Shown: positions 7,471 to 16,723, numbered from the stretch's first letter. The stretch is 29,258 nt of DNA from Clostridiales bacterium (GCA_012521525.1 JAAYMG010000037.1:1-29258), one strand, 5' to 3'. Translations and numbers: made by a program. Notes: generated by a model from the sequence alone, not told the origin.

Positions 7471-7941
7471 TCAAAATCTGCGGACTATCTCGCCGCATGC
7501 GATCTTTTTGCCCGAATTGCCTGATGGCTGCGTCGTAAAATCATCCTGTGAATCGTGTATGATCACCGCTCTTCCGATTATTTCATCCACAGCGATACGT
7601 TCGGTATAGAATGCCATCCATGCAAATCCGTTGTTGCTGAACAGCGGAGGCATGTCGCCGGCATGAAAAGGATGAGGACAATCGTGGGGATCATAGTGAG
7701 GCCCGGTATCCACGAACGGATCGGAAGCGTTGCCGCTGCACCTGCCTCCACTGTGTATATGGAATCCCAAAACAGGGTAGCCGCAAGGTCCCGTGCCGCC
7801 CGGCAAGCCTCTTACTTCGGCAACGACGATCGTACCGTTATCCGCCGGATAAAATGCGACCGTTCCATGGATGTCTGGATGTTTATCGTCCCCGCGCAAA
7901 ACTGCCGTCGCTGCGGGCCTGCTCTCGGATATGGTCCTCAA
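7471..7941 (-). CDS. sodC: Cu/Zn superoxide dismutase family protein, no signal peptide; true start possibly an ACG at 7977
   Basis: GFHIH, GPHYDP, HPFHAGD, VIIH and GNSGKKIACG match the Cu/Zn-SOD ligand pattern. The frame stays open upstream to 7995. Confidence 0.85.
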   Translation of the reverse strand: MRTISESRPAATAVLRGDDKHPDIHGTVAFYPADNGTIVVAEVRGLPGGTGPCGYPVLGFHIHSGGRCSGNASDPFVDTGPHYDPHDCPHPFHAGDMPPLFSNNGFAWMAFYTERIAVDEIIGRAVIIHDSQDDFTTQPSGNSGKKIACGEIVRRF

Positions 7942-8036
7942 AAGCCTTCTTGATCGGTTCCCGAAAGTGAACAGCGTATATATCTCCTCCTTTCCTTACA
8001 GCTTATGTCCGCAAGGGAAGGGTGGAGACAATATAT

Positions 8037-9221
8037 TCATGCGTTAGCTATTTCCTTGCCAAACTCTATACAGGCTTCTATAGCAGTCGAATCAGGTACC
8101 CAGGATGCCCTGATACCATCGTTGATGATATCGAACTTGCATTCTCCCAAAGCCTTTGTTATGAGCCTGACCGATTCGCCGCTCCAGCCGTAACATCCGA
8201 ATGCTGCTGCCTTTTTGCCCTTGAATTTCAGCCCCCTGCACATTTCAAGGATGCCGCTGACGGAGTACAACAGCCCGTTATTGATGGTGGGCGAGCCGAA
8301 CAGGACTGTCTTGGACTTGAAAATCTCAGTCAGTATATCATTCTTGTCTGTTTTTGAAGCATTAAAGAGCTTAACCTTCACATACGGATCGGCCAGCCGG
8401 ATACCCTCGGCGATAGCCTCAGCCATCTTGCGAGTCCCGTCCCACATCGTGTCATAAACCAGGGTGATCTGGTTTTCCTTATATCCGTCTGCCCATTCGA
8501 GATACTTCCTGACGATCTGCAACGGATCGTCCCTCCATATGACTCCGTGGCTTGGGCATATCATGTCTACCGGCAGGCCGAGATCAAGTATCTCATTTAT
8601 TTTCTTTATCACGAAGCCGCTGAAAGGTGTAAGGATGTTGGCGAAGTATTTGAGCGCTTCGGCGTAAAGCTCGGCCTGGTCCACTGTGTCGTTGAACAGG
8701 AACTCTGATGCGTAATGCTGACCGAAGCCGTCATTTGAGAACAGGATATTTTCTTCGGTCATGTAACAGAACATCGAATCAGGCCAATGGAGCATAGGAG
8801 CTTCAACGAACACCAGTTTGCATTCTCCCAGATCGAGCGTGTCGCCCGTCCTGACCGTGACAAAATTCCAGTCCCGGTGATAATGCCCCTTCAATGACTT
8901 GACGCCGTTTGCGGTACAGTATATTGGTGTGTCGGGTATCTCCCTCATCAGTGCGGCAAGGGCACCACTGTGGTCGACTTCACCATGGTTTACGATGATG
9001 TAGTCTATCTCTTTAGGATCGATTTCTTTTCTAAGGTTTTCAACGAACTCTTCATCGTACGGCTGCCATACGGTATCGATAAGCGCTGTTTTCCTGTCGC
9101 GAATCAGGTATGAATTGTACGATGACCCGCGGTCGGTCGAGTATTCGTCACCGTGAAACCTCTGCAGCTCCCAGTCGACTTTTCCGACCCATGTAACTTT
9201 ATCGGTTACTTTTTTTCCCAT
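8037..9221 (-). CDS. fprA: Class A flavodiiron protein (metallo-beta-lactamase + flavodoxin domains; O2/NO reductase)
   Basis: Diiron ligands NHGEVDHSG, LHWPD, SNDGFGQH and CPSHG; flavodoxin motifs YDTMWDGT, FGSPT and FGCYGWSG. No rubredoxin domain. RBS AAGGAGGT. Confidence 0.92.
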   Translation of the reverse strand: MGKKVTDKVTWVGKVDWELQRFHGDEYSTDRGSSYNSYLIRDRKTALIDTVWQPYDEEFVENLRKEIDPKEIDYIIVNHGEVDHSGALAALMREIPDTPIYCTANGVKSLKGHYHRDWNFVTVRTGDTLDLGECKLVFVEAPMLHWPDSMFCYMTEENILFSNDGFGQHYASEFLFNDTVDQAELYAEALKYFANILTPFSGFVIKKINEILDLGLPVDMICPSHGVIWRDDPLQIVRKYLEWADGYKENQITLVYDTMWDGTRKMAEAIAEGIRLADPYVKVKLFNASKTDKNDILTEIFKSKTVLFGSPTINNGLLYSVSGILEMCRGLKFKGKKAAAFGCYGWSGESVRLITKALGECKFDIINDGIRASWVPDSTAIEACIEFGKEIANA

Positions 9222-9426
9222 AAACGACCTCCTTTTGACACTTGTCTGCTTTACATTCGGACTTCGATTGCTGGTATTATTGAAATATTACCATAAAATT
9301 GTTAAATCAGTAAGCCAATTTTAACTAAAAATATGCTGTATCAAGTTATTATCTGTATTGCAAAAAAGTGCTTGATATATCCATATAAATAAATATTTTT
9401 GTACGTGCTATTACATAATTTTGTAC

Positions 9427-9455
9427 TTGCAAAATCCAACATCATTTGATAATAT
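9427..9455 (+). promoter_or_regulatory. Probable sigmaA promoter for the GGDEF gene
   Basis: TTGCAA-N17-TAATAT with an extended TG. Confidence 0.5.
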
Positions 9456-9587
9456 TCCCTTAAATGAAAAAAAATAAAGAATTTTGTATATTTTTAAAAA
9501 TTAAGTGCTGTAAAAAAGAAATATTAGGATCATATGCCGTTTTGACTGCTATATGCACTGATTGTCCGTTAACTTGGGAGGAAAAGA

Positions 9588-10937
9588 GTGAACTGGCTTC
9601 TTAAGAGATTCAGGCTTATTATCAGCGTCGCGTTGATATTGTCTACAGTCATTACATATCTTATAGTATATTTGCCAAGGGACAGGGCACTTGAGAGCTA
9701 TGCCCTGGAGAACTACGTGCATGTCGTTCAGGCAACCGAACAGTCGTTCCTGCACAATTTTCATAATTTGCTGGACAGTGTGAGGAATCTTTCAAATCTT
9801 GACCGCCTTCGCGAACAGGTATGGTCATACAGGGAAGGAAGGATCACGGCCCAGACACTAAGGGCAAACACCCAGGATATTTTTACCGAACTCGTTCAGG
9901 CTTTACCCTGCATAATCGGTGCATTCAGGTTTGCGGACAATATGCAGATCGGTTCATACGGTACACCCAAACTGGACAAGCTGACACCCGCCGAAGGAGT
10001 TACTGAATTTACTTATGAATTCGACCACAGGCTTCTGGAGCTCATTGTTTATTCTCCTATATATAATTCCGACATCGTTATCGGATATGACGTAGTATTT
10101 TTTGACCTTTCCGGTCTTTTCCAGCAGCTCAGAACGGGCAACTACCTGTACGAACTCAAGCCCCTCTATGGCGACCGAAGTGACAGCGTTAGTTACACTA
10201 CGCGCAAGATCAATGACATTGTGCTTCTTGATACAGGAAATTCGATTATCTACAGGAACCGGATAAAGGAGTCCGATGTTTACTTTCAGGCTTCCGCGAA
10301 TAAACGCGATCTCTTTGCTTCAATACGGAGGATATCCGTTTTGAGCCTGATCACCGCATTGGTCTGCAATATCACCATACTTCTGCTTACCAATTTCACC
10401 GTTATCCGCTTGGCGCAGTACCGCCTGAGTGTTACGGAGCGGAGAAAAGAACTTTATAAAGAATACGCTTACAGGGATACTTTGACCGGCGCATACTCCA
10501 GGCTATACTTCGAACGCTGGTTGAGAGCAAAAATCGATAAGTCGGGTTTCATTCATGAAGACATATGCGTTGTCATGATGGACATAAACAAGTACAAAAG
10601 CATCAATGATAAATTCGGACATGTAATAGGTGACAAGACCCTTCAGCACGTTGCTGAAGTTATAATTCGTACGATAGGTGACGGCAACCTTGCCGTCCGC
10701 TACGGCGGTGACGAGTTCCTGATAGTATTGCTCAACACTCCTTACTCCGAAGCGGAGCGCATAATGGCAAAAATAAACAGCCAGCTTTCAGATATAAATG
10801 AGTTTGGGTTCGGGCTTTCGATCTCATACGGTATAGAGCAGATATCCTCATATATAGAAATTTACAAGGCTATCGAGAAAGCAGACGAAAAAATGTATAT
10901 ATCAAAAAATGCCCATCAGGAGCTCATGTGGTTTTGA
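9588..10937 (+). CDS. Membrane-anchored diguanylate cyclase (two TM helices, extracytoplasmic domain, GGDEF)
   Basis: Hydrophobic segments near residues 8-28 and 250-275; RDTLTGAYSR, MMDINKYKSINDKFGHVIGD, RYGGDEF, ADEKMY. GTG start after GGGAGG. Confidence 0.9.
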   Translation: MNWLLKRFRLIISVALILSTVITYLIVYLPRDRALESYALENYVHVVQATEQSFLHNFHNLLDSVRNLSNLDRLREQVWSYREGRITAQTLRANTQDIFTELVQALPCIIGAFRFADNMQIGSYGTPKLDKLTPAEGVTEFTYEFDHRLLELIVYSPIYNSDIVIGYDVVFFDLSGLFQQLRTGNYLYELKPLYGDRSDSVSYTTRKINDIVLLDTGNSIIYRNRIKESDVYFQASANKRDLFASIRRISVLSLITALVCNITILLLTNFTVIRLAQYRLSVTERRKELYKEYAYRDTLTGAYSRLYFERWLRAKIDKSGFIHEDICVVMMDINKYKSINDKFGHVIGDKTLQHVAEVIIRTIGDGNLAVRYGGDEFLIVLLNTPYSEAERIMAKINSQLSDINEFGFGLSISYGIEQISSYIEIYKAIEKADEKMYISKNAHQELMWF

Positions 10938-10949
10938 TAAACAGCAGAT

Positions 10950-10989
10950 AAACTTCCGCACTGTAATAACTTGACGGAAGTTTTTTTGT
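10950..10989 (+). terminator. Intrinsic terminator after the GGDEF gene
   Basis: AAACTTCCG...CGGAAGTTT stem followed by a T-run; the loop is large. Confidence 0.55.
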
Positions 10990-10993
10990 TGTA

Positions 10994-11021
10994 TTGATTT
11001 ATAATAACAAAAGTATATAAT
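10994..11021 (+). promoter_or_regulatory. sigmaA promoter for deoC
   Basis: TTGATT-N16-TATAAT. Confidence 0.55.
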
Positions 11022-11061
11022 GTGAGTTGGTTTCTAATTTTCGTACCTGGAGGTAAAAATA

Positions 11062-11718
11062 GTGGATATTGAGAAAATACTCGGCGCGATAGACCATACC
11101 TGCCTTAAACAGGATGCTGTCTGGTCAGACATAAAAAACCTGTGCGACGAAGCGATCCGATACAGGACGGCATCGGTCTGCATACCGCCTTCATATGTAA
11201 AAAAGGCCGCAGAATATGTTGACGGGAAAATCGCTGTCTGCACGACGATAGGATTTCCCAACGGTTACAGCACCACTGCAGCCAAGTGCTTTGAGACAAG
11301 AGAAGCCGTAAATGACGGCGCGGACGAAATCGATATGGTCATCAATATCGGTTGGCTAAAAGACAAACGTTATGATGACGTACTGGATGAAATCAGGTCA
11401 GTCAAACAGGCGTGCAGCGGCAAAGCTCTGAAAGTGATCATAGAAACATGCCTTCTGACCACGGAAGAAAAGATAAAAATGTGTGAGATCGTTTCAATGT
11501 CGGGTGCGGAATATATAAAAACATCAACAGGATTCTCATCCGGCGGAGCGACATTCGAAGATATCAAACTGTTCAGGGAGCATCTCTCTGACAGTGTCCG
11601 GATAAAAGCTTCAGGCGGAATACGTACGCTTGAAGATGCGTGGGAATATATACAACTTGGAGTATCGCGGCTCGGCACAAGTTCGCTCATCAAACAAATA
11701 AGCAAATTGAAGGAATAA
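11062..11718 (+). CDS. deoC: Deoxyribose-phosphate aldolase
   Basis: IDHTCLK, IGFPNG, EIDMVINIG, KVIIETC, IKTSTGF (Schiff-base Lys), IKASGGIR, RLGTS. GTG start after GGAGGT. Confidence 0.95.
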   Translation: MDIEKILGAIDHTCLKQDAVWSDIKNLCDEAIRYRTASVCIPPSYVKKAAEYVDGKIAVCTTIGFPNGYSTTAAKCFETREAVNDGADEIDMVINIGWLKDKRYDDVLDEIRSVKQACSGKALKVIIETCLLTTEEKIKMCEIVSMSGAEYIKTSTGFSSGGATFEDIKLFREHLSDSVRIKASGGIRTLEDAWEYIQLGVSRLGTSSLIKQISKLKE

Positions 11719-11803
11719 TCATAATATCGGGCGATTTTGCTGTTTAATCCGGTTTAATCCTATAAGCTCCACCCTGTTTATGGATGAGCTTGTCTTTTCT
11801 GGC

Positions 11804-11832
11804 TTGATTTTTCCGGAATGATTATGTACAAT
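11804..11832 (+). promoter_or_regulatory. sigmaA promoter for the nucleoside ABC operon
   Basis: TTGATT-N17-TACAAT. Confidence 0.6.
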
Positions 11833-11886
11833 TTTATGGAACGAACAATTGCTTTATAGATTGTTCAATATTAAGGGGGTAGAATC

Positions 11887-12972
11887 ATGAAAAAGTACCT
11901 GTCAATCGCATTGATCCTTGCCGTCGTACTTTCTCTTGTGACACTGGCGGGATGCAACAAGGCAGGCGCAGGTAAGTATGAACTTGCACTTGTTACAGAC
12001 TTGGGAACGATTGACGACAAATCGTTCAACCAGGGTTCATGGGAAGGACTGAAAGCATATGCGGTTGATCACAAAAAAACATACCAGTACTATCAGCCTG
12101 CTGAAGGGACAACTGCAGCTTACCTTGAAGCGATCGACCTTGCTATAAAGGGTGGGGCAAAAGTCGTAGTCACGCCGGGCTATTTGTTTGAGGTACCCAT
12201 ATTTGAAGCCCAGACAAAGTATCCGGAGACAAGGTTCGTCCTCATTGACGGTGAGCCGCACAACGAAGACTACTCGGTTTTCAATACCGAGTCCAACGTT
12301 CTGAGCATTCTTTATGCCGAGCATGAAGCAGGATTCCTGGCAGGATATGCCGCAGTCAAGGATGGATTCAGAAAGCTCGGTTTCCAGGGCGGTATGTCTG
12401 TTCCGGCAGTCGTCCGTTTCGGATACGGATTCCTGCAGGGAGCCGATCAGGCAGCAAAGGAACTCGGCCTTGGCAAGGATTCCATTGAAATCAAGTACAA
12501 CTATTCCGGTGACTTCGATGCAACTCCTGAAAACCAGGCAAGAGCTGCCGGCTGGTACGCAGACGGAACAGAAATCATATTCGCATGCGGCGGCGCAGTA
12601 GGAAACTCAGTCATGAGTGCCGCGGAAGCCTCCAAAGACAAGTGGGTCATCGGCGTCGACGTTGACCAGTCCGCAGAATCACCGACTGTCATTTCTTCCG
12701 CGATGAAAATGCTCGGGCATTCAGTGTACCTGGCGCTCGAATCGCACTATGACAACAAATGGGAAGGCGGAAGGACCTGGCGCCTCGACGCTACCAACGA
12801 CGGAATAGGGCTGGCCATGGAAACAGCGAAGTGGAGGACTTTCTCCCAGGCCGATTACGATGCACTCTTTGAAGCTGTAAAGAACGGCGAATATGAAATC
12901 AGCGACGATATCTCCGCCGATGTTGGAGATCTGGTATTCGACTGTGTGAAAGTCATCCCAGTAACCGACTGA
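11887..12972 (+). CDS. BMP/PnrA-family lipoprotein, nucleoside ABC transporter substrate-binding subunit (NupN/RnsB/TmpC-like)
   Basis: Lipobox LAGC; DDKSFNQ..WEG, EHEAGFLAG, GVDVDQ, SAMK. Confidence 0.92.
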   Translation: MKKYLSIALILAVVLSLVTLAGCNKAGAGKYELALVTDLGTIDDKSFNQGSWEGLKAYAVDHKKTYQYYQPAEGTTAAYLEAIDLAIKGGAKVVVTPGYLFEVPIFEAQTKYPETRFVLIDGEPHNEDYSVFNTESNVLSILYAEHEAGFLAGYAAVKDGFRKLGFQGGMSVPAVVRFGYGFLQGADQAAKELGLGKDSIEIKYNYSGDFDATPENQARAAGWYADGTEIIFACGGAVGNSVMSAAEASKDKWVIGVDVDQSAESPTVISSAMKMLGHSVYLALESHYDNKWEGGRTWRLDATNDGIGLAMETAKWRTFSQADYDALFEAVKNGEYEISDDISADVGDLVFDCVKVIPVTD

Positions 12973-12997
12973 TCTGTGCAGTACATTCCTTTTTGTA

Positions 12998-13030
12998 AGT
13001 GAAAAGGTGCCCCAACGGCACCTTTTCACT
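12998..13030 (+). terminator. Perfect 14-bp intercistronic hairpin (attenuator or mRNA stabiliser)
   Basis: AGTGAAAAGGTGCC-ccaac-GGCACCTTTTCACT, with no U-tract beyond the stem. Confidence 0.55.
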
Positions 13031-13097
13031 GTATCAAACGGAAGATATCATATATATAAAAGATGTATAATATGTCATGTTATTCTGAGGTGACTGC

Positions 13098-14624
13098 ATG
13101 AACTATGTCATAGAAATGCTCCATATTACCAAACAGTTCCCCGGAGTCAAGGCTAATGACGATGTCACTCTGCAGGTCAGAGAAGGAGAGATACACGCAC
13201 TGCTCGGTGAAAACGGAGCAGGCAAAAGTACGCTGATGAGTATTCTTTTCGGTATGTATCGACCGGATGCAGGTTCTATAAAGCTGCGCGGCAGGGAAGT
13301 TGATATTGTCAGTCCTAGAATGGCCAATGAATTGGGGATAGGAATGGTACATCAGCACTTTACACTTGTACACAACTTCACCGTTCTGGACAACATCATC
13401 CTTGGAGTCGAAGACACCAAATTCGGCCTTTTGTGGAAGGAAAAGGCCCGACAGAAAGTATTGAGCCTTTCCGAGCAATACGGGCTCAAAGTGGATCCCG
13501 ACGCGATCATCTCGGAGACGACAGTCGGGATGCAGCAGCGCGTCGAGATCCTTAAGATGCTCTATCGCAACAATGACATCCTTATCTTTGACGAACCTAC
13601 TGCAGTTTTGACTCCCCAGGAAATAGACGAGCTGATGGATATAATGAAAGGACTTGCTGCCGAAGGAAAATCTATTATTTTCATCACACACAAACTGGAG
13701 GAAATCAAACGGGTTGCAGACCGCTGTACGGTCTTGCGAAACGGAAAGTGCATCGGGACAGTAAATGTGGATGAAGTCACAGTTGAAGAAATGTCTGAAA
13801 TGATGGTCGGCCGAAAGGTCGTGCTCAACATCGAAAAAGACGAGTGCAAAGCAGGAAAACCCATTCTCGATGTCCGCAATTTATCAGTCAATGCCGAAAA
13901 CTCGGACAAGACAATTGTAAAGAATGTCAGCTTTACAGTCAACGAAGGCGAAATAGTATGTATTGCCGGAGTAGACGGAAACGGCCAGAGCGAGCTGGTA
14001 GGTGCAATCACCGGCCTGCTTCCCGCAAGCAGCGGCAAAATCATCTTGAAAGACATGGATATAACCCATAAGACTATTCGCTATCGCAATACCCACGGAT
14101 TGTCCCATATACCTGAAGACCGCCATAAGCACGGATTGGTTTTGCAGTACACTCTTGCGGAGAACCTTGTACTTCAGCAGTACTTTGAGCCCAAGTTCCA
14201 GAAGAACGGTTTCCTGAGATTTGACAATATATATGAATATAGCAATAAGCTGATTTCCGAATACGACATAAGGAGCGGTTCCGGTCCCATGACCACCGCA
14301 AGGAGCATGTCGGGAGGAAACCAGCAAAAAGCCATAGCTGCAAGAGAAATCAGCCGGTCCCCGGACCTTCTGCTTGCTGTCCAGCCTACGAGAGGACTGG
14401 ATGTAGGCGCTATCGAATATATGCACAGACAGATAGTCAAAGTCAGGGACATGGGCAAAGCGGTTTTGGTAGTTTCTTTCGACCTCAATGAGGTCATGAA
14501 CCTCGCGGACAGGATCCTCGTAATGTTCAAGGGTGAGATCGTTGCAGATGTAAAGCCGGACGAGGTTACGGAAAACGAGCTTGGCCTTTATATGGCAGGC
14601 GTGAAAAGAGGTGGAGCGCAGTGA
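13098..14624 (+). CDS. Nucleoside/sugar ABC transporter ATP-binding protein, double ABC domain (NupO/RnsA-like)
   Basis: Walker A GENGAGKST, VHQHF, DEPTAVL, second domain GVDGNGQ and MSGGNQQK. Confidence 0.95.
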   Translation: MNYVIEMLHITKQFPGVKANDDVTLQVREGEIHALLGENGAGKSTLMSILFGMYRPDAGSIKLRGREVDIVSPRMANELGIGMVHQHFTLVHNFTVLDNIILGVEDTKFGLLWKEKARQKVLSLSEQYGLKVDPDAIISETTVGMQQRVEILKMLYRNNDILIFDEPTAVLTPQEIDELMDIMKGLAAEGKSIIFITHKLEEIKRVADRCTVLRNGKCIGTVNVDEVTVEEMSEMMVGRKVVLNIEKDECKAGKPILDVRNLSVNAENSDKTIVKNVSFTVNEGEIVCIAGVDGNGQSELVGAITGLLPASSGKIILKDMDITHKTIRYRNTHGLSHIPEDRHKHGLVLQYTLAENLVLQQYFEPKFQKNGFLRFDNIYEYSNKLISEYDIRSGSGPMTTARSMSGGNQQKAIAAREISRSPDLLLAVQPTRGLDVGAIEYMHRQIVKVRDMGKAVLVVSFDLNEVMNLADRILVMFKGEIVADVKPDEVTENELGLYMAGVKRGGAQ

Positions 14625-15745
14625 GCAAACAGGGTAAAGAAAAAAAGAAAGTAGACAGCAACAGGAAGTTATTGAGTCTTAACCTGACGGACAAGCTCTC
14701 AGGGCCAATATCTTCGGTTGTCGCTATTTTGACCGGGCTATTGATCGGGCTTGTCATATTGCTTATTGCCAATCCCTCAAATGCCCTGTCGGGATTTTCC
14801 TGGATCCTGACCGGCGCTCTATCAAGTCCGCAGGACATGGGCAACATCTTCTACTATGCGACTCCCATCATTTTGACCGGCCTGTCCGTCGCCTTTGCCT
14901 TCAAGACTAGTCTTTTCAATATCGGGGCCTCGGGCCAGTTCATACTTGGGGCTTATGGTGCGGTACTCGTCGGTGTCAAGCTAACTTCACTGGGGAGTGT
15001 CCATTGGATAGCAGCCCTTATAGTTTCAGCATTGTTTGGAGCGATTTGGGCCCTTATTCCGGGATTGCTTAAGGCTTACCGAAATGTGAACGAAGTCATC
15101 TCCAGCATAATGTTCAATTATATCGGTATGTATTTGGTAAACTACCTTGTAAGGGAGACAGTTTACCACCAGTTGACAAACAGGTCGCTTCCCGTTGCCC
15201 AGACCGCAAATTTACCGACTTTGGGGCTTGACAGGCTGTTTCCCGGCTCTAAAATCAGCGCGGGGATCCTGATAGCCTTTGCGGTCGGAGTATTGTTGTA
15301 TATCGTCCTCAACAAGACCGTTTTCGGCTATGAACTCAAGGCATGCGGCTATAACAGGCATGCAAGCCGCTATGCCGGTATAAATGAAAAGAAATGCATC
15401 GTTCTGTCGATGGTGATAGCCGGTGCTCTTGCGGGATTAGGCGGTGGCCTGCTGTATCTTGCAGGTACAGGAAAATATATTTACGTGCAGGACGTACTCG
15501 CGCCGGAAGGCTTTGCGGGGATTTCCGTAGCGCTCCTGGGAATGTCGCATCCTATAGGCGTGCTGTTCGCCGGCCTTTTTATAGGATATATAACTGTCGG
15601 CGGTTCATATATGCAGCTTAGCGGTTTCAAGCCCGAGATCATCGACATAATAACCGCGGCAATCATTTACTTTGCGGCTTTCTCGCTGCTATTCCGCTCA
15701 ATGTTGGAACGCCTGCGGTTCAAAAAGGAGGCCGAGCACAGATGA
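14621..15745 (+). CDS. Nucleoside ABC transporter permease (BPD_transp_2; NupP-like)
   Basis: Multiple TM helices; FNIGASGQ, NEVISSIMFNY, GFAGISVALLG. Overlaps the upstream stop codon. Confidence 0.92.
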   Translation: MSKQGKEKKKVDSNRKLLSLNLTDKLSGPISSVVAILTGLLIGLVILLIANPSNALSGFSWILTGALSSPQDMGNIFYYATPIILTGLSVAFAFKTSLFNIGASGQFILGAYGAVLVGVKLTSLGSVHWIAALIVSALFGAIWALIPGLLKAYRNVNEVISSIMFNYIGMYLVNYLVRETVYHQLTNRSLPVAQTANLPTLGLDRLFPGSKISAGILIAFAVGVLLYIVLNKTVFGYELKACGYNRHASRYAGINEKKCIVLSMVIAGALAGLGGGLLYLAGTGKYIYVQDVLAPEGFAGISVALLGMSHPIGVLFAGLFIGYITVGGSYMQLSGFKPEIIDIITAAIIYFAAFSLLFRSMLERLRFKKEAEHR

Positions 15746-16701
15746 ATACCTTATTCTTTCTCATACAACAGACAATGTTCTTCACTATCCCTTTGCTGAT
15801 CGTTGCCATAGGCGGGATGTACTCGGAGCGCAGCGGCGTCGTAAACATAGCCCTTGAAGGGATCATGATCATGGGCGGCTTTTGCAGCATCCTGTTTATA
15901 AAGATGATGGAAAATAACCTGTCCGGCCAGGTTTTGCTCATACTCGCGATCCTCATCGCCATGATATCCGGCGCGCTGTTTTCTTTACTGCATGCATATG
16001 CGTCGATCAACCTTAAAGCCGATCAGACCATCAGCGGGACTGCCCTGAATATGCTCGCGCCGGCACTTGCCGTTTTTCTCGCAAGGATGATCCAGCCGGA
16101 GGGTGTCCAGCAGATACAGTTCAAGAACACTTTCAGGATCGAATCTGTTCCGGTCCTCGGTGATATTCCGATAATCGGCGACATGTTTTTCAAAAACACT
16201 TATTTGACGACCTACCTTGGGATCCTCATCCTGATAGTAGCGACAGTCGTGCTTTACAGGACACGATTTGGCTTAAGGCTGCGCGCATGCGGCGAACATC
16301 CTCAGGCTGTCGATTCGGTAGGTGTAAGCGTTTACAAGATCCGCTATGCCGGTGTCATCATATCCGGTGCTTTAGCCGGACTGGGTGGTTTGATTTTTGT
16401 TGTTACCACTTCTACAAACTTCAACGCTACCGTAGCGGGTTACGGTTTCCTTGCTCTGGCAGTTCTGATATTCGGCCAGTGGAAGCCTTTGTATATCGCC
16501 GGAGCCGCCCTATTCTTCGGATTCATGAAGACGATTTCTGCAACTTACTCATCGATACCGTTCCTCTTTCAAATACCGATTACCGGTTATTTCTATAAAA
16601 TGGTGCCATATGTTGCCACTTTGATCGTATTGATATTCGGCTCCAAACGCTCGCAGGCGCCAAGGGCGGCAGGCGTACCTTACGACCAGGGTTCCCGATG
16701 A
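15742..16701 (+). CDS. Nucleoside ABC transporter permease (NupQ-like)
   Basis: SERSGVVNIALEG, DQTISG, GLRLRACGEHP, GYGFLALA..IFGQW; ATGA coupling. Confidence 0.92.
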   Translation: MNTLFFLIQQTMFFTIPLLIVAIGGMYSERSGVVNIALEGIMIMGGFCSILFIKMMENNLSGQVLLILAILIAMISGALFSLLHAYASINLKADQTISGTALNMLAPALAVFLARMIQPEGVQQIQFKNTFRIESVPVLGDIPIIGDMFFKNTYLTTYLGILILIVATVVLYRTRFGLRLRACGEHPQAVDSVGVSVYKIRYAGVIISGALAGLGGLIFVVTTSTNFNATVAGYGFLALAVLIFGQWKPLYIAGAALFFGFMKTISATYSSIPFLFQIPITGYFYKMVPYVATLIVLIFGSKRSQAPRAAGVPYDQGSR

Positions 16702-16723
16702 CCTTTGTTAAGTAATGAAAAAA

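Noticed and set aside
8000-8030. sigmaK/sigmaE-like -10 (CATAAGCT, minus strand) upstream of the sodC-like gene
   Set aside because: There is no matching -35 at the expected spacing; read-through from fprA is simpler.
11719-11886. Possible purine riboswitch ahead of the nucleoside transporter (TATAA-GCTC...TGG...GAGC)
   Set aside because: The conserved UUUCUAC junction and P3/L3 are absent, and the element lies upstream of the likely promoter. It is at most a weak terminator. The tandem GTTTAATCC repeat here is too short to interpret.
13080-14530. Several long antisense ORFs (203, 164, 180 and 118 aa) over the ABC ATPase
   Set aside because: These are typical shadow frames of ABC genes with no independent signals.
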